From Leidyana gryllorum EB-2025a (taxonomy: Eukaryota > Protista > Apicomplexa): a stretch of DNA of 64,000 bases. The notes under the pieces are model-generated. The model had not been told where the DNA came from and made no database searches. It saw nothing but the letters and a program-made list of their open reading frames with translations. Shown one piece after another: positions 59,938 through 64,000 of the stretch. Location of the stretch: positions 1 to 64,000 of the forward strand of contig JBLWGC010000033.1 of NCBI GenBank assembly GCA_048772705.1. Direction: 5' to 3'. The first letter of the stretch is position 1, and each line of letters starts with the position of its first letter. The translations under genes and the position numbers were made by a program.

Positions 59938-61155
59938 ATGGAGGTGGGTTTCTCCCGAATGGCAAACAATGAGCCCACACGAAGAAGACGTCGAAGCCGT
60001 GAAGCTACAAGACTTACGGAGATAGATTTGACGGACCCTTTGGTACAACAAGCCGATGAGTTGGTGGCTCAGATACCATCGGTACCCCGTCGGATCCCAA
60101 TTCAGCTCTCAGCGGGTACAAATCGCGTGTCCCCTGAAGAAGTGGCTTGGTGCTGTGGGACGCCCCTGAATGTGGACTGGACGTTTTTACTCGTAGAGTT
60201 GGCCGTCCGGATCCTTCTGGTCCTGTTGGGTTTCGCCCTGTACGAGTTTTACCATCCCTTTGTACGAAGAGTGTGGCCAACGGAGTGGGATCACTATGCA
60301 TTTCCCTATGCTGAAGAGGAGACGTTTCCAATGGTTCAGACAGCCATTTTAGCTTTTGCCCTAACATTGACAATGCTGTTGGTATTTCTCTTTCTACTCT
60401 GGCGTGTGGCGGGCTGGAAAAGGCAGTTCGTCTACGAAGAGGCCATTTTCTTCATGCTCGGTATCTCGCTTTCTGCGCTCTTTGGCTTTGTGGTGAGCGA
60501 AATGACCAAACGAATGTACGGCAGACTACGTCCGGACTTTCTCGCGCGCTGTTTCGGACAAGGCAAACTCCAGGACTGGCTGGACCGCTGGGGTTGGCGG
60601 GGTCTGGATGACATTCCCGAAGTACCAGATTGCTCTCAGAGTCCCTTGAGTTCTTGGGCTTTGGAGGACGGGCGAATGAGTTTCCCCTCGGAACACAGTT
60701 GTTTGACAGCAGCCATATTCATCTTCAATGCCTTCTGGTCGTATGGCAAGCTGTGTCTGTTTCAGAACGTTGGTGCTCTCCGACTTATGGTGCCCTTTGC
60801 CTTTGCTGCTTTCCCGGTGGCTGTGGCAATTAGTCGCACCTCAGATTATCGTCACCACGCTACTGACGTGCTCGCAGGGTTTCTCTTCGGCTTTGGTTGC
60901 GCCGCGATCAGCTATTGCTTTTACTTTCCGCTCAGTATGCGTCCGTTGACCACGACTGTCTACGCGCTTTACGAGGAGAACTGGCCAGAAGGCATGGCCC
61001 GCGTGCGTGATGTGGAGGCAGCGCGTTTGCGGGTTTTAAAGTCGCCGATAATGGAGCCCCCTCGTCGCTGGCGACGGCATCATCAGAGCAAGAGGCATCA
61101 CCATCAGTTGGTGGAGACGGAGGCGGAGATATCGTTTCCCAGCGGTTCAGTTTAA
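59938..61155 (+). CDS. PAP2-family lipid phosphate / phosphatidate phosphatase
   Basis: About six TM segments; C1 KRMYGRLRP, C2 SFPSEH, C3 SRTSDYRHHATD. Confidence 0.9.
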   Translation: MEVGFSRMANNEPTRRRRRSREATRLTEIDLTDPLVQQADELVAQIPSVPRRIPIQLSAGTNRVSPEEVAWCCGTPLNVDWTFLLVELAVRILLVLLGFALYEFYHPFVRRVWPTEWDHYAFPYAEEETFPMVQTAILAFALTLTMLLVFLFLLWRVAGWKRQFVYEEAIFFMLGISLSALFGFVVSEMTKRMYGRLRPDFLARCFGQGKLQDWLDRWGWRGLDDIPEVPDCSQSPLSSWALEDGRMSFPSEHSCLTAAIFIFNAFWSYGKLCLFQNVGALRLMVPFAFAAFPVAVAISRTSDYRHHATDVLAGFLFGFGCAAISYCFYFPLSMRPLTTTVYALYEENWPEGMARVRDVEAARLRVLKSPIMEPPRRWRRHHQSKRHHHQLVETEAEISFPSGSV

Positions 61156-64000
61156 ATGGGGTTCTCTTTGGCGACTTTGGCACAATCCCTGAGAGCGGCT
61201 GATCGGACTCCCGTTTTGGTTCGTCTAGCGTGTCCAAGGATGTATTGGACGACCTCCCGCTCCGTCTCCAGCGTTGCACTCTCCCAACTCGATCCTTCGC
61301 TGTTGCTGCTGGTGCCCTCGACAGCGGGGTTCTGCTGCTGCTGAACACCTAAACTGTCGACACGATATACCACTCCGCTTCCTTGATTTCGGATTAGCAC
61401 AATGTGAATCACGGCACTTGAGACGTTGGGCAACTCCCGTCGAAGTGACTGTAGATTCACCACCGGACGCGCTCTGCATTCACATTGAACGCCCAATCCC
61501 TGCAGTTTGCTCGCCAACGACAACGCTCGTCGGCAAGTTGACCATCGCTGAGAATTGTATCGAATTATTATAGATAGTCAGTCATTAAAGACATCCCACA
61601 GAGAGATTATTAGATTGGATTGACAAACAGATCGATTGATTGGTCAGAACCAAAGGTTCAAAGGAACACTTGACGTATTCTTACCTGCATTACAACCAGT
61701 ACACTCGCACTCCGTGTATGCGATAACAAGAGTTGACGCGGTCCGCCTTCTTCGACCTTCTGACATTCGTAGTGATTGAGCAGTCGACAGTAATAGTCGA
61801 CTGAGACCTCTACAAAGTACAGAGGTGCGCACGCCGCTGTTCGGGGAGAGCCCTCGTGGGCATCTGTTGTGCACACCTCGCCTCCACAGGCCAGCAGCGG
61901 TTGATATCCCTCCATCATGCTGTGCACACAGACAAAGAACTGTGGCAACGAGCATTTATCGATTGCGACGGCTCGTCCAGTAGCAGAGAACAGATCGACT
62001 TCCACTGTTTCCATTGTGCAGATATCGCTTCTCAACATGAACAGAATAGTGTCCGTTGTCCGCTGTCGAGCCTCTTTGAGCCAGCCGAGAAATACACGAT
62101 CCTGGAGTTACAAAGTGGATCGATTGAGCGGTCAAGTCGAGACTCACCTTTTGAAAAATCACCTCCAGTTCGGCTAAAGTGTCAACAATTTCCCGCGGGT
62201 TGCGCGAGCCTAACCGAGCCAGACTGTCGAGTATGGCCGTGTACCGTTTATCGCTCTTCAAGTGATGCACTTCGGGAGGCAGCTCTTCGTTGAACAGCAA
62301 CGAGTCGAGGACGTCGCGCTGACGAGCTTCAGGAACATCGAGCACCCAACAAAATGACTCCAGGAGTGCCGGGAATGTTATGCTGTACCGCAGAGCCCCA
62401 GCGGGAAGTCCTTGGAACGGGCTTAACAACCCTTTCAGGTTGATCAAACAGGTGCACCAACTGTGCATAACCGCCGGATAACGGGAACAACTCGCTGGAT
62501 CTGAGTGAAACGCGAGCGCTCTCAGGGCCATTTGAGGATGGCTATATACTCCAGACGGCTGTCGAGGCCAAGATGAGCACAAGCTGCTTTGGCAAAAGTT
62601 CACCCGCTCACCCTATTCACCGGCATCAACACCAAATAAGCTTTCTCCATCGGCAGCTTACGCGCTGCACTCTCGGGATCCGTGTTACTCAGAAACGATG
62701 TCAGAGTGTGCTGCAAACTCTTCGGCAGGGACACCAACAGGTTGGGACGCGTCAAGAACATTGAAGGGGTGTCATCAGGAACATATCCCAGAAACTCAAG
62801 AACTTGTACAGCCTGCGGAGTAGTATATTGTGAAGAGAGAGAGAGAGGGATAGACGGCCGGCTCAATTCGCTCAGGACGCGCTATGTCTCACCTGAAGTG
62901 CTCGCTGATGAACTCGTTTGTCCGTGACACACAGCGCATTCAGCAGTGTTGGAGCCAATCGATTTCCAACCTGACCCCTACACTTGAACGACTCCAAAGG
63001 GACCAGCACGGGCAGATCCATTTGACAAAAACTGTACGCCCTGCAGTGGATGGATGTGTCGAAAGGGGGAGTGGGCAAGGAGACGGAGACACGCGTTCAG
63101 CAACGGAGACGGAGACACGCATTCAGCAACGGAGACGGAGACGCCGGGATTCTCCACGACATTAGTGCATGTGTCAGACAGAGAGAGGGGACTTACTCGA
63201 TAACCGAGCTGAGTATTTGAGCCGTATAGATATCTTTATAGACCACCATCGGGAGGTCGAATGACTCCGTATAAGAACTAAAGTGGCACGCTTGATCGGC
63301 TTCCAGGAAGTCATCCAATAGGTCGTCGACCGGTATTTCGGTTCGGTCTGCTTGCAGTGCCCGGACAGCATCCACACAAGAAGCGAGATGATGAGGCAGC
63401 TGATCATCCCATTGCCTCCAGAGACTGGATTCTTGGGCTTGGAAGAGAAAGGACAATGTGCTGGAGAGGTTGCGGTGCCGATTGAACAGGGCTTCTACTG
63501 TCATAACCGCATCATCAGATTCCGGGTGAGAAACTTGATACAAGAGATCCTTGAGCGCATCGGTCGCGATCCGTGGCTGTGTGATTACTTCTTCTTGTAA
63601 CATCTCCATCGCAGAGGGCATTGCCACAATGGGCAGCTTTACTTTGGCCTCTAAAATCGGGTTGAGACGATCAATCTCCGCAGCCAGTCTGAAGGCTCGT
63701 AGTGAAAGAAGCCAGCGTCAATGTCCGAACTTACGGTACGGAGGCTCGTTTGAGGATATCGAGTAGCTTTAGTATATAGAGTCTATGGGCGACGCGATGA
63801 ATATTGAATATATATAGCGCAGCCCCGCCCGGCCGGCACTTACCCGCACAAGTTATTGTCCACACGCAGGAGGACTGGACAAGCGGACCGTCCACCTCGA
63901 CAACGGCTGGTACACATTACAGAGTGTTGTCGAAGAAGTCGCTGAATTGGGGCAGAGAGCTGCAGTGCTCGGCCAAGGACCTCCATGTGGTCGACAACTG
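61152..64000 (-). CDS. Large hypothetical protein, 5' end beyond the window
   Basis: Minus-strand ORFs linked by GTAAGT/GTAAGA..AG introns, e.g. MQ|RWSTCRRALSLASK and SVP|LAAEIDR. Its stop overlaps the PAP2 stop at TTAA. Confidence 0.6.
63079..63143. repeat. 26-bp intronic tandem repeat x2.5 (GGAGACGGAGACACGCRTTCAGCAAC)
   Basis: Directly visible. Confidence 0.9.

Noticed and set aside
20789-61155. Gliding-motility gene cluster (myosin, GAC, PAP2)
   Set aside because: The genes are 12-13 kb apart and interleaved with unrelated housekeeping genes, so co-location is plausibly chance.

Overview
Gene-dense, intron-rich eukaryotic DNA with short GT-AG introns (mostly about 40-60 nt, CTRAC-like branch points near the AG) and the standard genetic code. 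The gene content points to an apicomplexan or close relative, possibly gregarine-like: a glideosome-associated connector (GAC), a PAN/apple surface protein, an apicomplexan NEK1-type kinase and LTR-retroelement relics. About 25 protein genes are supported, including a membrane cNMP phosphodiesterase, GAR1, a CCCH zinc-finger protein, a TVP15/COPI-associated protein, NEK kinase, a divergent myosin, an MFS transporter, PIG-M, GAC, a CELF-like RRM protein, TRM10 and a PAP2 phosphatase. The apparently empty 29.2-33.9 kb region holds a compact ncRNA cluster not visible in the ORF track: U1 snRNA (-), SRP/7SL RNA (-) and U5 snRNA (+). SRP and U5 are head-to-head about 130 bp apart around a dyad promoter-like element, and U1 and U5 share a non-canonical Sm site (RACUUUCU(U)GAG). 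Several same-strand genes are separated by only 7-50 nt, suggesting polycistronic or overlapping transcription. All calls are by-eye motif recognition and exon boundaries are approximate.
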